A stretch of 64,000 bases of DNA from Octopus sinensis (Eukaryota): assembly GCF_006345805.1 (NCBI RefSeq), contig NC_043021.1, positions 19,654,001 to 19,718,000 of the forward strand, given 5' to 3'. Under the pieces are notes generated by a model that worked only from the letters and a program-made list of their open reading frames with translations, did not search any database and was not told the DNA's origin. This document shows positions 13,201 through 24,202 of this stretch, one piece after another. The translations under genes and the position numbers were made by a program. Within the stretch, counting starts at the first letter, position 1, and every line of letters starts with the position of its first letter.

Positions 13201-13606
13201 GTAAAATCCCGATATTTTACTCGTTAGTAAGGTGGGACGCTGGCAGAATCATCGGTACACTCGGCAAGATGCTCAGCTGCATTTCATCCGATATTACATT
13301 CCAAGTTCAAATTCCACCAAGGCCTACTTTACATTTCGTTCTTTTGGGACCGACAAAATAAGTACAAACTAAACTCTGGGGTCAATGCAATTGGCTCACC
13401 TGCCCCCACCCACCCCAAAATAACTGGCCTTCTGCCGAAAATTTGAAATCAATATTTTACTTGTTAGTCCTTCCTTATAAGGCAGCCCTGCAAGAACACA
13501 GCCTTTAGGCAGGAATATCAACTCCCACTACAGATATCACTACATATAGGGGTTGATATTCTATCAAATAGCTATGTCAGGTTCGTTTGAGACAACAATG
13601 AACACA

Positions 13607-14010
13607 CAGGAGCGGCTGTGTGGTAAGTAGCTTGTTTACCAACTACATGGTTCCGGGTTCAGTCCCACTGCGTGGCACCTTGGGCAAGTGTCTTCTACTA
13701 TAGCCTCGGGCCGACCAAAGCCTTGTGAGTGGATTTGGTAGACGGAAACTTAAAGAAGCCCGTCGTATATATGTATATATACGTATGTGTGTGTATATGT
13801 TTGTGTGTCTGTGTTTGCCCCCCCCCCCCCCCATCGCTTGACAACCGTTGCTGGTGTGTTTATGTCCCCGTCACTTAGCAGTTCGGCAAAAAAGAGACCG
13901 ATAGAATAAGTACTGGGCTTACAAAAGAATAAGTCCCGGGGTCGAGTTGCTCGACTAAAGGCGGTGCTCCAGCATGGCCGCAGTCAAATGACTGAAACAA
14001 GTAAAAGAGT
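13607..14010 (+). mobile_element. SINE family A
   Basis: Full-length copy. Confidence 0.85.
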
Positions 14011-14447
14011 AAGACAATCGCACTCAATACAGTCAGTAATTAGCCTGGCCACATCAGGCCCTAATATTCTGAGTTTTACACTTTAGACTCGCCAGATCCA
14101 GCTTCCCATACCTAGGCTACAATATCATTCTACACAGAAATCTCAAAGCTACGAGATAATTCATGATTAATTCAATACAACGTGAATAAATAAGCAATGC
14201 ATTTGATGGAGTGATCTGAATGCAAAAAGGTCAAGATCTCATGGCTAGTGTATTTCATGGAGCTATGGTTGCATGAAGGGCAAAAACCCTTTTTAAATAA
14301 CTTCCAGCTTCTCACACAGCAAGGGAAGGCTGTGTAAAACAGGTGGCCTGAATGACTATAGAGTGCAGCCATAGAAGAATTACATGAAACAGAATGTAGC
14401 CACAAACAGAGAGACCTTAACCAGTGTGTGTGTGTGAAAATACCTAT

Positions 14448-14672
14448 TTCTTTATTACCCACAAGGGGCTAAACACAGAGGGGACAAACAAGGACAGACA
14501 TATGTATTAAGTCGATTACATCGACCCCACTGCGTAACTGGTACTTAATTTATCGACCCCGAAAGGATGAAAGGCAAAGTCAACCTCGGCGGAATTTGAA
14601 CTCACAACGTAACGGCAGACGAAATACTGGTAAGCATTTCGTCCGGCGTGCTAACGTTTCTGCCAGCTCGCC
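14448..14672 (-). mobile_element. SINE family B with ~14-bp TSD (gtgtgtgaaaatac)
   Basis: TSD on both sides, consistent with target-primed insertion. Confidence 0.8.
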
Positions 14673-15765
14673 ATGTGTGTGAAAATACCTTAACACCTTA
14701 GCATTCAAACTGGTCATGAAACAGAATGTAGCCACAAACAGAGAGACCTTAACTAGTGTGTGTGTGAAAATACTTTAACACCTTAGCATTCAAACTGGTC
14801 ATATCACACTCAAATACTCCACGTGTTTTATATTCAAACTGACCAGTTTCCAATTTCTCACACCTACACTACAATGTCATTCTAAAAATAAACCACATTA
14901 TTGATACTTCAATGCTATGAGATAATGCAGGATTGATTCAAAAACAATGTGAATAAATAAGTGTTGCATTTGACAGAGTTACCTGAATGCTTCAAGGGTC
15001 ATAAGTAATAGGTAACAAAAAATAGTTTCATTATCTGATAAAGGCTGATGAGTATCAAACTATGGTTAACTATAGCCCTTGATAATGGTGGTGCCCCAAC
15101 ATGGCCATAACCAATGAAATAACTCTGAAAATCAGACACAGAGTTACCTTATAATGAAATATGGAATGGTCATGGCCGGATCCTAGATTTAAGAGCAATT
15201 TGTTATAAACTATGTCAGGGACAGGGCTTAAGGGAGGAGATAATAGTAAGAAGAATTGAATTCTATAACTTATAGAGAGGTCACAGATTTTAGGGAAAGG
15301 GTTATGTGAACCTCCATCCCTTGCCGCAAAGTACTTCAGTGGAATTTAGGCACAGGGTCACAATTTGTAGGGGCTGAAGATGAAAGTGGCACTCAAATTA
15401 ACTCCAGTAATTGATGGCCACTTCATTTAACTGAAGCTAGAATTGTGAGAGGCAAATTTTAACCAAGATTATATAAAAGGGCATGATATATAAGGTATTT
15501 GTCCAGAAAAGTACAGATGCTGCTAAACCAAAAGCTATGTAGGTCTAAAGAGAAGGGTTATGCAAGCCTAATTGAAGGGGTCATGTAGGCTGAGAGAAAG
15601 GTACTATGTAGGCCAAGAGGAAGGGGTTATGTAGATCAAGAAGAAGGTGCTATGTCAGCTGAAAGGAAAGGGCTCTATAGGCTGAGAGAAAAGGACTACA
15701 TGTGCCAAGAGAAAGGGACTGTGCAGGGAGGCCGAAAGAAAGGGGGCTGACTGATATGAGCTTAC

Positions 15766-15990
15766 CTGGGGGCATATCAAATATGTTGTCTTCACTGAGA
15801 CTTTTCATAAGTTCAGGAAGTTCTTTACAAAGATGAATACCAGCATCATCCATTGCTGTGTAACCACCTCTTTGTTGATACCGGAATTTGACATTATTTG
15901 CATTCGCTTTGGCAGCTGACGATATTAAGTGCAAGCGCAAAATCTCAGTCAAAGTAAAACTGTCCAACTGCAAGTTCCTCAAAGGGGTTC
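15766..15990 (-). CDS. BAZ1A: BAZ1A exon: TPLRNLQLDSFTLTEILRLHLISSAAK...KFRYQQRGGYTAMDD...IFDMPP
   Basis: ttcttctag acceptor, gtaagc donor; 225 nt, phase 1 to 1; LDSFTLTEILRLH and RYQQRGG are BAZ1A/Acf1 signatures. Confidence 0.95.
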
Positions 15991-16701
15991 CTAGAAGAAA
16001 ACAACAAAACAACAAAACATTTGCATTAGATTACTAATAATAATAATAATAATAATAAATGCCCTGATGCAGTACCAGGCAGTGGCTCTCGTGGCTTCTG
16101 ATCTTAAATGATTGGAAGTGTTATCATGTACATTGTTTTGTCTTGGTATAAAAGATGGTCTACAGCAAATATTCTGCTCAATACCACAGATTTGCTTGTC
16201 AGTTGTTTGACCTTAACCAGTTGAGCATGTCCCTTAGTGGCTGACGATATGTGCATCTCTGACCCCGAGCAGAAGTAGTGGGGGAGCATCATAGCCATGT
16301 GTTGAGAGGGATTCTTTGGGGTTAGAATAATTCACCTTTGGTAACATGGGTGTTTCGTTCAACATCCTTAAACAACCCTTATTCAGGGACCTTTTTGCTC
16401 AACTACTAAGATTGTGAAGTCTTGCATATCTTGTGCCAGCAAGGACAGCAGATGTAAGCTGGTTACGTCAACATGTCCAAGAAGCCTAATAAACCACTGT
16501 TTAAAAAACTCTTTGTGCTGTTTGTTCTGCCCAAGTTGAAGAGCTACTCTCGATTCAATCTCACCACTGAAAATATTGTGAACTATTGTGAACTGACCCT
16601 TTGACCAATGATGGTAATGTGTGAAATCAAGATTTCTACAAAGACAACCGAAGACAAGATGGTTCCAGAAGAGCCAAAGATAAAAAAAAAATTTTTTAAA
16701 A

Positions 16702-17096
16702 AGCAGGAGTGGCTGTGTGGTAAGTAGCTTGTTTACCAACCACATGGCTCCGGGTTCAGTCCCACTGCGTGGCACCTTGAGTAAGTGTCTTCTACTATAG
16801 CCTCGGGCTGACCAAAGCCTTGTGAGTGGATTTGGTAGACGGAAACTGAAAGAAGCCCGTCGTATGTATGTATGTAGTGCGTGTGTGTGTTTGTGTGTGT
16901 GTCTGCATTTGTCCCCCTAGCATTGCTTGACAACCGATGCTGGCATGCTTATGCCCCCGTTACTTAGCGGTTCGGCAAAAGAGACCGATAGAATAAGTAC
17001 TGGGCTTACAAAAGAATAAGTCCTGGGGTCGAGTTGCTCGATTAAAGGCGGTGCTCCAGCATGGCCGCAGTCAAATGACTGAAACAAGTAAAAGAG
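16702..17096 (+). mobile_element. SINE family A
   Basis: Full-length copy ending ~30 bp from the donor of exon 17128-17223. Confidence 0.85.
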
Positions 17097-17127
17097 TATC
17101 TGAATGAAATGTTAGTAAAATGCTTAC

Positions 17128-17223
17128 CATGGGTTAACATAGGGTACTGTGCCATAATTGCAGAATTCTTTAATAAATTAGCCATTGTTGAACGATCTGA
17201 ATAACACATTTCTTCACTGAAAT
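17128..17223 (-). CDS. BAZ1A: BAZ1A exon: FSEEMCYSDRSTMANLLKNSAIMAQYPMLTH(G)
   Basis: ttttgtag acceptor, gtaagc donor; 96 nt, phase 1 to 1; AQYPMLTHG resembles 'AAWPQLHQG'. Confidence 0.88.
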
Positions 17224-17264
17224 CTACAAAAGAAAAAAATTAACATTAACACTTAAACATTTAA

Positions 17265-17485
17265 CCCTTTAGTGTTCGCATTATTCTACCAAAATTAATG
17301 CTTCTTTATCCACATTGCTTTGAACTAATCATGCATTATCTTGTAGCTATGAGATTTTGATGAGGTAGCTGTTCATTTTTAAGATGATATTGTAGGGTTG
17401 GTCTGAGAGACCAGATCTGGCCAGTTTGGACATAAAACAGGCAGAATACTTTTGGCCGGATATGGCCAGTTTAAATGCTAATGGG
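17265..17485. mobile_element. piggyBac-like MITE, family 2 (many degraded copies in window)
   Basis: TTAA|CCCTTTAG...CTAATGGG|TTAA; relatives near 750-975, 6718-6912, 32208-32440 and 63705-63924. Confidence 0.65.
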
Positions 17486-17721
17486 TTAAACCAGTCGAAT
17501 CTGGTCCAGTTATTTCATCGGTTTTATGAGCAAACTGGCCCTACAGGATCATGCTAAAAATAAACAACCACATCATCAAGATCTTAAAGCTACGAGATAA
17601 TGCAGGATTAATTGAAAACAATATGAATAAATATTACATTTGACAGGGTAATCTAAACGCTAAAGGGTTAGACAACCCATATCTGTCATATCCAGTCCAA
17701 ATATTCTACCCTACAATGTCC

Positions 17722-18331
17722 GGCAATCTTACGGTTCTAGTATATTTTACGTCAACTGACCACGTGTATTTATACATGATTGTCGATTTTTTATTTTTTA
17801 TTTTATTTCATCTAGTTTCAGCTCACGAGCTGTGGCCATGCTAGGGCACCACCATTTGGTGTTGCTACATGATTTTACTTCACGAATGCTTTTTAGCAAT
17901 TGCCATTTGGTGGATGAGAGAGTTCGATGCAGCTGCCCTCATCTGCACCTCCTGCTGTGAAGTTGGTTCATCTGGGACACCTGACAAGAAGAGATCCAGT
18001 TTCATTTTAAAGACATCTGCATCCACCCCATGCAGGTCTCTCAGGTCCTTCGGGGGGATATTGAAGAGCTGTGGGCCTCTGAAGCGCAGGTTATCACAGT
18101 ATCTTGTCCTACATCTTGATGGCAAATTTGGAAACCTTGGCACCATGCAGTGGCGCCCATGGGATCTTTGGGGTTAGGGTTAGGACCCTAACCCAAAGAT
18201 CCCATTTCCCCCCAACCCCATATGTAAAAAAATAAATGTAAAATAAAAGTTTTTTACGGAAATCGATGATCGTATATAAACAAATACACATGGTCAGTTG
18301 ATGTAAAATATACTAGAACCGTAAGATTGCC
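17722..18331. mobile_element. Merlin-like MITE (GGCAATCTT termini, 8-bp TSD caatgtcc) containing a CR1-group LINE 3' fragment
   Basis: ~70-bp imperfect TIRs; TSD at 17714-17721 and 18332-18339; internal minus-strand RFRGPQLFNIPPKDLRDL...FKMKLDLFLSGVPDEP. Confidence 0.75.
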
Positions 18332-19170
18332 CAATGTCCTTCTAAAAGTAAATGAGATAATACACATCGTTCGTTCATTCGTTCGTTTAACGTCCGTTCT
18401 CCATGCTAGCATGGGTTGGACGGTTTGACCGGGGATCTGGGAAGCCAGAAGGCTGCACCAGGCTCCAGTCTGATCTGGCAGTGTTTCTACAGCTGGATGC
18501 CCTTCCTAACGCCAACCACTCCGTGAGTGTAGTGGGTGCTTTTTACGCGCCACCTGCACAGGTGCCAGGCGAGGCTGGCAACGGCCACGATCGGATTGGT
18601 GCATTTTACGTGCCACCGGCACGGAAGCCAGTTGAGGCGACACTGGCATCGGCCACGATTCGGATGGTGCTTTTTACGTGCCACCGGCACGGAAGCCAGT
18701 CGAGGCGGCACTGGCATCGACACAATTAATTCAATACAATGAGAATAAACAAGCATCACATTTGACAGGGTAATGTGAAAGCTAGAGTTAAGGACCAAAT
18801 TCCACACGAACAAAGGAATGGTAACAGCTCTGAATAATGGCTCTTTTATAGTTAATGGTTCTGGAATTCATCCTCAAAACTTTGAAGCTTATGTCTTATA
18901 CTATTCTATTGAAATTTTAGCTGTTAATTTATAATTTATTCATATTTTCAGGATTAATTCTTGTCACAGCATTGCATCAAAGCATGACCCCCCCCCCCCA
19001 ATTAGACAGTAATAGAATAACCTGATACTCCCTCCATATTAGTAATAGCATCACCCGACACTCTCTCTGTATTTAGTAACAGAATAATCTGACACTCCCC
19101 TATATAATGCGAACAAGAAATTTACAGCAAAGTCAGGTGTGTAGATAACTAAGTATTCCACAATATTTAC

Positions 19171-19320
19171 CAGGTATGTTAGTCTTTCCTTTACTTAAAT
19201 CAGGATCTTCTTCCTCTTCCTCAGACTCTTGCAGATAAAAAATGGCAACCAGCAACATAAGTAGGAGATCGGTGAGTGGCCCATTCACATCATTATCCAG
19301 TAAAGCTTCCTCCAAAACCT
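19171..19320 (-). CDS. BAZ1A: BAZ1A exon (DDT C-terminal part): VLEEALLDNDVNGPLTDLLLMLLVAIFYLQESEEEEEDPDL...
   Basis: tttttcag acceptor; two in-phase GT donors (exon end 19195 or 19171), so the end is uncertain. Confidence 0.88.
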
Positions 19321-19358
19321 CTGAAAAATTCACATGAAAACAAAAAAAAAAATGAATA

Positions 19359-19752
19359 GGCGCAGGAGTGGCTGTGTGGTAAGTAGCTTGCTAAACAACC
19401 ACATGGTTCCGGGTTCAGTCCCACTGCGTGGCACCTTGGGCAAGTGTCTTCTACTATAGTCTCGGGCCGACCAAAGCCTTGTGAGTGGATTTGGTAGACG
19501 GAAACTGAAAGAAGCCTGTCGTATATATGTATGTATATATATATGTGTGTGTGTGTGTGTTTGTCCCCTTAGCATTGCTTGACAACCGATGCTGGTGTGT
19601 TTACGTCCCCGTCACTTAGTGGTTCAGCAAAAGAGACCAATAGAATAAGTACTGGGCTTACAAAGAATAAGTCCCGGGGTCGATTTGCTCAACTAAAGGC
19701 GGTGCTCCAGCATGGCCGCAGTCAAATGACTGAAACAAGTAAAAGAGTAAAG
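19359..19752 (+). mobile_element. SINE family A
   Basis: Full-length copy. Confidence 0.85.
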
Positions 19753-20234
19753 AGTAAATAGAATAAAACAGGGACATAAACTGAACCCTTTTGTGACCCT
19801 AATTCCTAAAGTAAGAATACACTTTGGGTTTCAGGTAATTTCCAAAATAATCAAGAACTCAGAACTGGGAGAAGGGTAATAAATTCATCATCGTTATTTA
19901 GCATCCATTTTCTATGCTAGCATAGGTAAGATGGTTTCTGTGGGGATGGTAACCCAGAGAGCTGCACCAGGCTCCTGTCTGTTTTGGCTTGGTTTCTACA
20001 GCTAGATGCCCTTCCTAATGTCCATCATTCCATAGAATATACTGGGCCTCTTTAAAAATCACCAGCACAAATACCTATGTGTCACCGTCATGGGTGACCT
20101 TTCACGTGTCACCAGCACATGTGGCCTTTTATGCATCACTGGTGCAAGTAGTTTTTCACGCATCACCAGCGGATGTGAGGAATATGTACATTATTTACAT
20201 TCGACGGATATTTGTCCTCATCTTGTTTGTTGGT

Positions 20235-20280
20235 AACACAACGTTTCGGCTGGTATACCCTCCAGCCTTCTTCAGGTGTC
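20235..20280 (-). ncRNA. Minimal type I hammerhead ribozyme motif (predicted cleavage between 20240 and 20239)
   Basis: GACAC-CUGAAGA-A-GGCUG(10 nt loop)CAGCC-GAAA-CG-UU-GUGUU; stem I GACAC/GUGUU, palindromic ACGU stem III. Confidence 0.7.
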
Positions 20281-20316
20281 TTGGGGAAACCCAGGTTCGA
20301 AATTTCCCCAAGACAC

Positions 20317-20687
20317 CTGATGAAGGCTGGAGGGTATATCAGCCAAAACCTGAAGAAGGCTGGAGAGTATATCAGCCAAAACCCGATGAAGGCTGGAGGG
20401 TATATCAGCCAAAACCCGATGAAGGCTGGAGGGTATATCAGCCAAAACCCGATGAAGGCTGGAGGGTATATCAGCCAAAACCCGATGAAGGCTGGAGGGT
20501 ATATCAGCCAAAACCTGATGAAGGCTGGAGGGTATATCAGCCGAAACCTGATGAAGGCAGGAGGTTATATCAGCCGAAACCTGATGAAGGCTGGAGGATA
20601 TATCAGCCGAAACCTGATGAAGGCTGGAGGGTATATCAGCCGAAACCTGATGAAGGCTGGAGGGTATATCAGCCGAAACGTTGTGTT
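20317..20687 (+). repeat. 33-bp tandem array x11 of hammerhead core plus stem II
   Basis: Units at 20317+33n, consensus ctgatgaaggctggagggtatatcagccgaaac. Confidence 0.95.
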
Positions 20688-21149
20688 AACAACAAACAAG
20701 ATGAGGACAAATATCTGTCATATGTAAATAACGTGCTTTTTATATTTATTATAAAATAAAACTTGTAAACATGGTGTCTCGTAAAGCACGTCCTCGTAAG
20801 GTGAGGTACTACAGCACACAACAGGCTTCTTTCGGTTTCTGTTCACCAAATCCACTCACAAGTTTTCTGTTGGCCCAGGCCTAGAGTAGAAGACACTTGT
20901 CCAAGGTGAGACTAAACCTTGCGGTTGGGAAGCAAACTTCTTATTTCTTTACTGCCCACAAGGGGCTAAACATAGCGGGAACAAACAAGGACAGACAAAG
21001 GGATTAAGTTGATTACATCGACCCCCTAGTGCGTAACTGGTACTTAATTTATCGACCCCGAAAGGATGTAAGGCAAAGTCGACCTCGGCGGAATTTGAAG
21101 CGGACTTCTTACCACACATTCCACGCCTGCAGCTACGTGTATAAAAGTG

Positions 21150-21350
21150 ATAGAATGTGTTTCTGTTGCGGATCCGTGGAATAAGCTGCCAGACGAGATG
21201 GTGGAGATGCCGACAAACGCTCAGTTCAAAGTCTCCCTTGACCTCAAGTGGCCTGAACTATTTACATGAACACCACCCTGTACATAACTCCATGTCCCCC
21301 TACATGGCCTTGCTTTTTGCTTTTTGAGCCAAAAAATTAACTAACTAACA
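21150..21350 (+). mobile_element. CR1-group LINE 3' end fragment
   Basis: WNKLPDEMVEMPTNAQFKVSLDLKWPELFT* followed by short 3' UTR and (ctaa)n tail. Confidence 0.7.
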
Positions 21351-21713
21351 ACACTATATTCCCTGTCTCAGCAGGCATTGAACATCAGGTTTATGACCAG
21401 GCATTCTGGCCAACACGATGCCTGTTATAGACCAATTTCTTACCCCTAAAAGGAATATTCCTCTTGCTTGCTTAATACTACAGAAACCTGGGGGGAAAAG
21501 ACTGAATAAACACCTGGTGAACCATGAGAATGGGGGGGGGGGGGATCATCATAGTCAAACTCGTTCCTGACACTCACCCATGCAAACGTGGGAGGGCAAA
21601 CATAAAATAATGGTAATTTCACTTAAGCAAATATCTTTACCAAAACCCAAAGAGAGAATGCAAGCAGGTGAGTGGTTAGGGAAAACAAGGTTTTTAATGA
21701 TTGTGTGACTTAC

Positions 21714-21852
21714 CTAAGGTCATCCCGGAAGGGAAATATTCATTTAAATCAAACAAACTTTGGAATGTATGGATAAATTCTAGCACCATCAATGCATCAC
21801 CAAACAGTTCTTGTGGTAGTCTTGTTTGTACAGGTAAGAGATCTGGTAACGA
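21714..21852 (-). CDS. BAZ1A: BAZ1A exon (DDT domain): SLPDLLPVQTRLPQELFGDALMVLEFIHTFQSLFDLNEYFPSGMTL
   Basis: Long poly-T plus tag acceptor, gtaagt donor; 139 nt, phase 0 to 1; LFGDALMVLEF is the DDT signature. Not captured in frame by the ORF track. Confidence 0.95.
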
Positions 21853-21854
21853 CT

Positions 21855-21885
<31 letters not shown>

Positions 21886-22132
21886 GGTAATGATTGATCA
21901 GATTCAATGAAAGCAAAGAAAAACAGAGTCAGGTAGTACAACGAAAGCCAAGGCACTATTGTCCTTTTGTTGATGTTTGGCTCCAAGTGGTCAGAATTTA
22001 ATCCACCAAACATGTGATCAGAAGATTATTGGCCCAAGATCCATCATGATTTTTTTTTTCTTTCTTCAATTATACAGACACATATTATAATACATCATAT
22101 ACCTTGCAGTATAATAAATGCTAACTATATTC

Positions 22133-23090
22133 ATCATCATCATCGTTTAACGTCCGTTCTCCATGCTAGCACGGGTTGGATGGTACGACCGGGATCTGGG
22201 AAGCCAGGGGCTGCACCAGGCTCCAGTCTGATCTGGCAGTGTTTCTACAGCTGGATGCCCTTCCTAACGCCGATCACTCCGCGAGTGTAGTGGGTGCTTT
22301 TTACGTGCCACCAGCACAGGTGCCAGGGGAGTCTGGCATCGGCCACGATCGGTTGGTGCTTTTAACGTGCCACCGGCACGGAAGCCAGCCAAGGCGGCGC
22401 TGGCATCGGCCACGTTCGGACGGTTCTTTTTTTGTGCCACCGGCACGGAAGCCAGTCGAGGCGGTGCTGGCATCGGCCACGTTCAGATGGTGCTTTTTAT
22501 GTGCCACTGGCACAGAACCCACTCGAGGCAGCGCTGGCATCAGCCACGATCAATTGGTGCTTTTAACGTGCCACCGGCACGGAAGCCAGCCAAGGCGGCA
22601 CTGGCATCAGCCACATTCGGACGGTTCTTTTTTTGTGCCACCGGCACGGAAGCCAGTCGAGGCGGCGCTGGCATCGGCCACGTTCGGATGGTGCTTTTTA
22701 TGTGCCACCGGCACAGAACCCACTCGAGGCAGCGCTGGCATCAGCCACGATCAATTGGTGCTTTTAACGTGCCACCAGCACGGAAGCCAGCCAAGGCGGG
22801 GCTGGCATCGGCCACGTTTGGATGGTGCTTTTTATGTGCCACCGGCACAGAAGCCAGTCGAGGCGGCGCTGGCATCGGCCACGTTCGGATGGTGCTTTTT
22901 ACGTGCCACCAGCACGGAAGCCAGCCAAGGCAGTGCTGGCATCGGCCATGTTCGGATGGTGCTTTTTATGTGCCACCGGCACAAAAGCCAGTCGAGGCAG
23001 CGCTAGCATCGGCCACGTTCGGATGGTGCTTTTTATGTGTCACCGGCACAGAAGCCAGTCGAGGCAGCGCTGGCAACGGCCACGTTCGGA
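22133..23090 (-). mobile_element. Family C: RTE-3'-tail element ((GAT)n end) with VNTR
   Basis: Shares ttaggaagggcatccagctgtagaaac...gacgttaaacgatgatgat with the LINE end; other copies at ~5081-5277(+), 6017-6175, 11477-11700, 12110-12480, 18366-18722, 24725-25020, 33153-33288, 34746-35172, 50476-51125, 52940-53127(+). Confidence 0.85.
22300..23090. repeat. 67-bp GC-rich minisatellite (~12 units) with 201-bp higher-order repeat, attached to a (GAT)n-tailed element
   Basis: gtgccac units at 22367, 22434, 22501, 22568...; variant order A-B-C-A-B-C-A'. Confidence 0.92.
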
Positions 23091-23398
23091 ATATATTATA
23101 TAATAGTGAGGAGGGGGGGTGCTGTTTAACACGAGAATGGAGGCTAGCGGGTTTCAATAGTAGATCACAGAATTTGTCTCTGCACTGCACACCAGATTTA
23201 AGTTGCTGAGTTTATATTCAAAGACCATTATAGAAGAACATACTTTATAATTATTATGCAACTGAATGCAGCACAACAGCCATATGTGGGTATGGACGCT
23301 ACATCTATCTTGACGAATCACATGTGGTATCAAAAGAGGTAGACATCAATATTGTCAAGAAGAAGACTATATTTATTGAATGATACAGATTATAGAAA

Positions 23399-23468
23399 CT
23401 CACATACAAGACTTTAAGTTTCTGTGTCAACAATATGATGATCATTACACTTCTTCAGTTGTCATGAG
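23399..23468 (-). ncRNA. Type I hammerhead ribozyme motif, copy 1 (GUC; predicted cleavage between 23410 and 23409)
   Basis: cucaugACAA-CUGAAGA-a-GUGUaau..guugACAC-a-GAAAC-uuaaa-GUC-UUGUaugugag; A.A mismatch at the base of stem II. Confidence 0.6.
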
Positions 23469-23892
23469 GCTGGTTAGTGCTCGTATATATAGAATTTTAT
23501 AAACTTATAATTTAATTACAAAACATCAAACAGAGCTGACACACATTAATAATTCAGAAATAACTGGAGTCCACTTAGCTGACAAAAATGAGTAGTACTC
23601 ATATTTCAAAGGGCCAGGTTGTTACATTCTGTGTCACGCTGAATCCCAGTGAAAACTATCTTAAGGGTACACTTGTCTGTGGTGTGCTCAGCCACTTGCA
23701 CATTAATTTCACATGTAGGCTGTTGAATGGATCAACTAGAACACTCATTGTCATAACCAAGTGCCAGTTCTAACAGGAGTGTATATAATTATATACACCC
23801 TATAACATTTACTAATAACATATTTACTAATAACATAATTAACATAGGACTGACATTTACTAATAATATACTAATAATTTAGCTACACAAAC

Positions 23893-23988
23893 CTTGAGAT
23901 CTTCACATTCCAAATCGTCACGAGGTCGGCTCCATTCTTTTAAATATTCAGCCTGGATACGTTTCTCTTCTCTTTTCTTATCCCTTTC
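23893..23988 (-). CDS. BAZ1A: BAZ1A exon: ERDKKREEKRIQAEYLKEWSRPRDDLECEDLK
   Basis: cttttctcttgcggcag acceptor, gtttgt donor; 96 nt, phase 0 to 0; EYLKEWSRPRDDLECEDLK matches the conserved pre-DDT motif. Confidence 0.93.
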
Positions 23989-24132
23989 CTGCCGCAAGAG
24001 AAAAGGGGCTTGTTAAAACAAAGACCAACACAGAATCTCAAACGCAGATGCTTACAAACACAACACCAAATACACACTTGATGTTGTTACATGAAGTAGA
24101 CTATATTTATTGAATGATACAGATTATAGAGA

Positions 24133-24202
24133 CTCACATACAAGACTTTAAGTTTCTGTGTCAACAATATGATGACCGTTACACTTCTTCAGTTGTCATG
24201 AG
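24133..24202 (-). ncRNA. Type I hammerhead ribozyme motif, copy 2 (GUC; predicted cleavage between 24144 and 24143)
   Basis: Same fold as copy 1; stem II GUGU-AAC/GUU-g-ACAC. Confidence 0.6.

Larger units (their letters stand above)
20191..20733. mobile_element. Palindromic Penelope-LTR-like element carrying hammerhead motifs on both strands
   Basis: 20191-20290 is the reverse complement of 20301-20349 joined to 20675-20733, with 33-bp core units expanded in the right arm. Confidence 0.75.

Noticed and set aside
20317-20687. CRISPR-like appearance of the 33-bp array (also the 67-bp and 26-bp arrays)
   Set aside because: Units are contiguous with no unique spacers, no cas genes, eukaryotic intron.
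20079-20759. 226-aa ORF with PKPDEGWRVYQ repeats and 171-aa overlapping ORF
   Set aside because: Stop-free translation of a 33-bp repeat that is better explained as hammerhead core units; no splice or homology support.
22176-23209. 276- and 280-aa ORFs
   Set aside because: Artefacts of the GC-rich 67-bp minisatellite.
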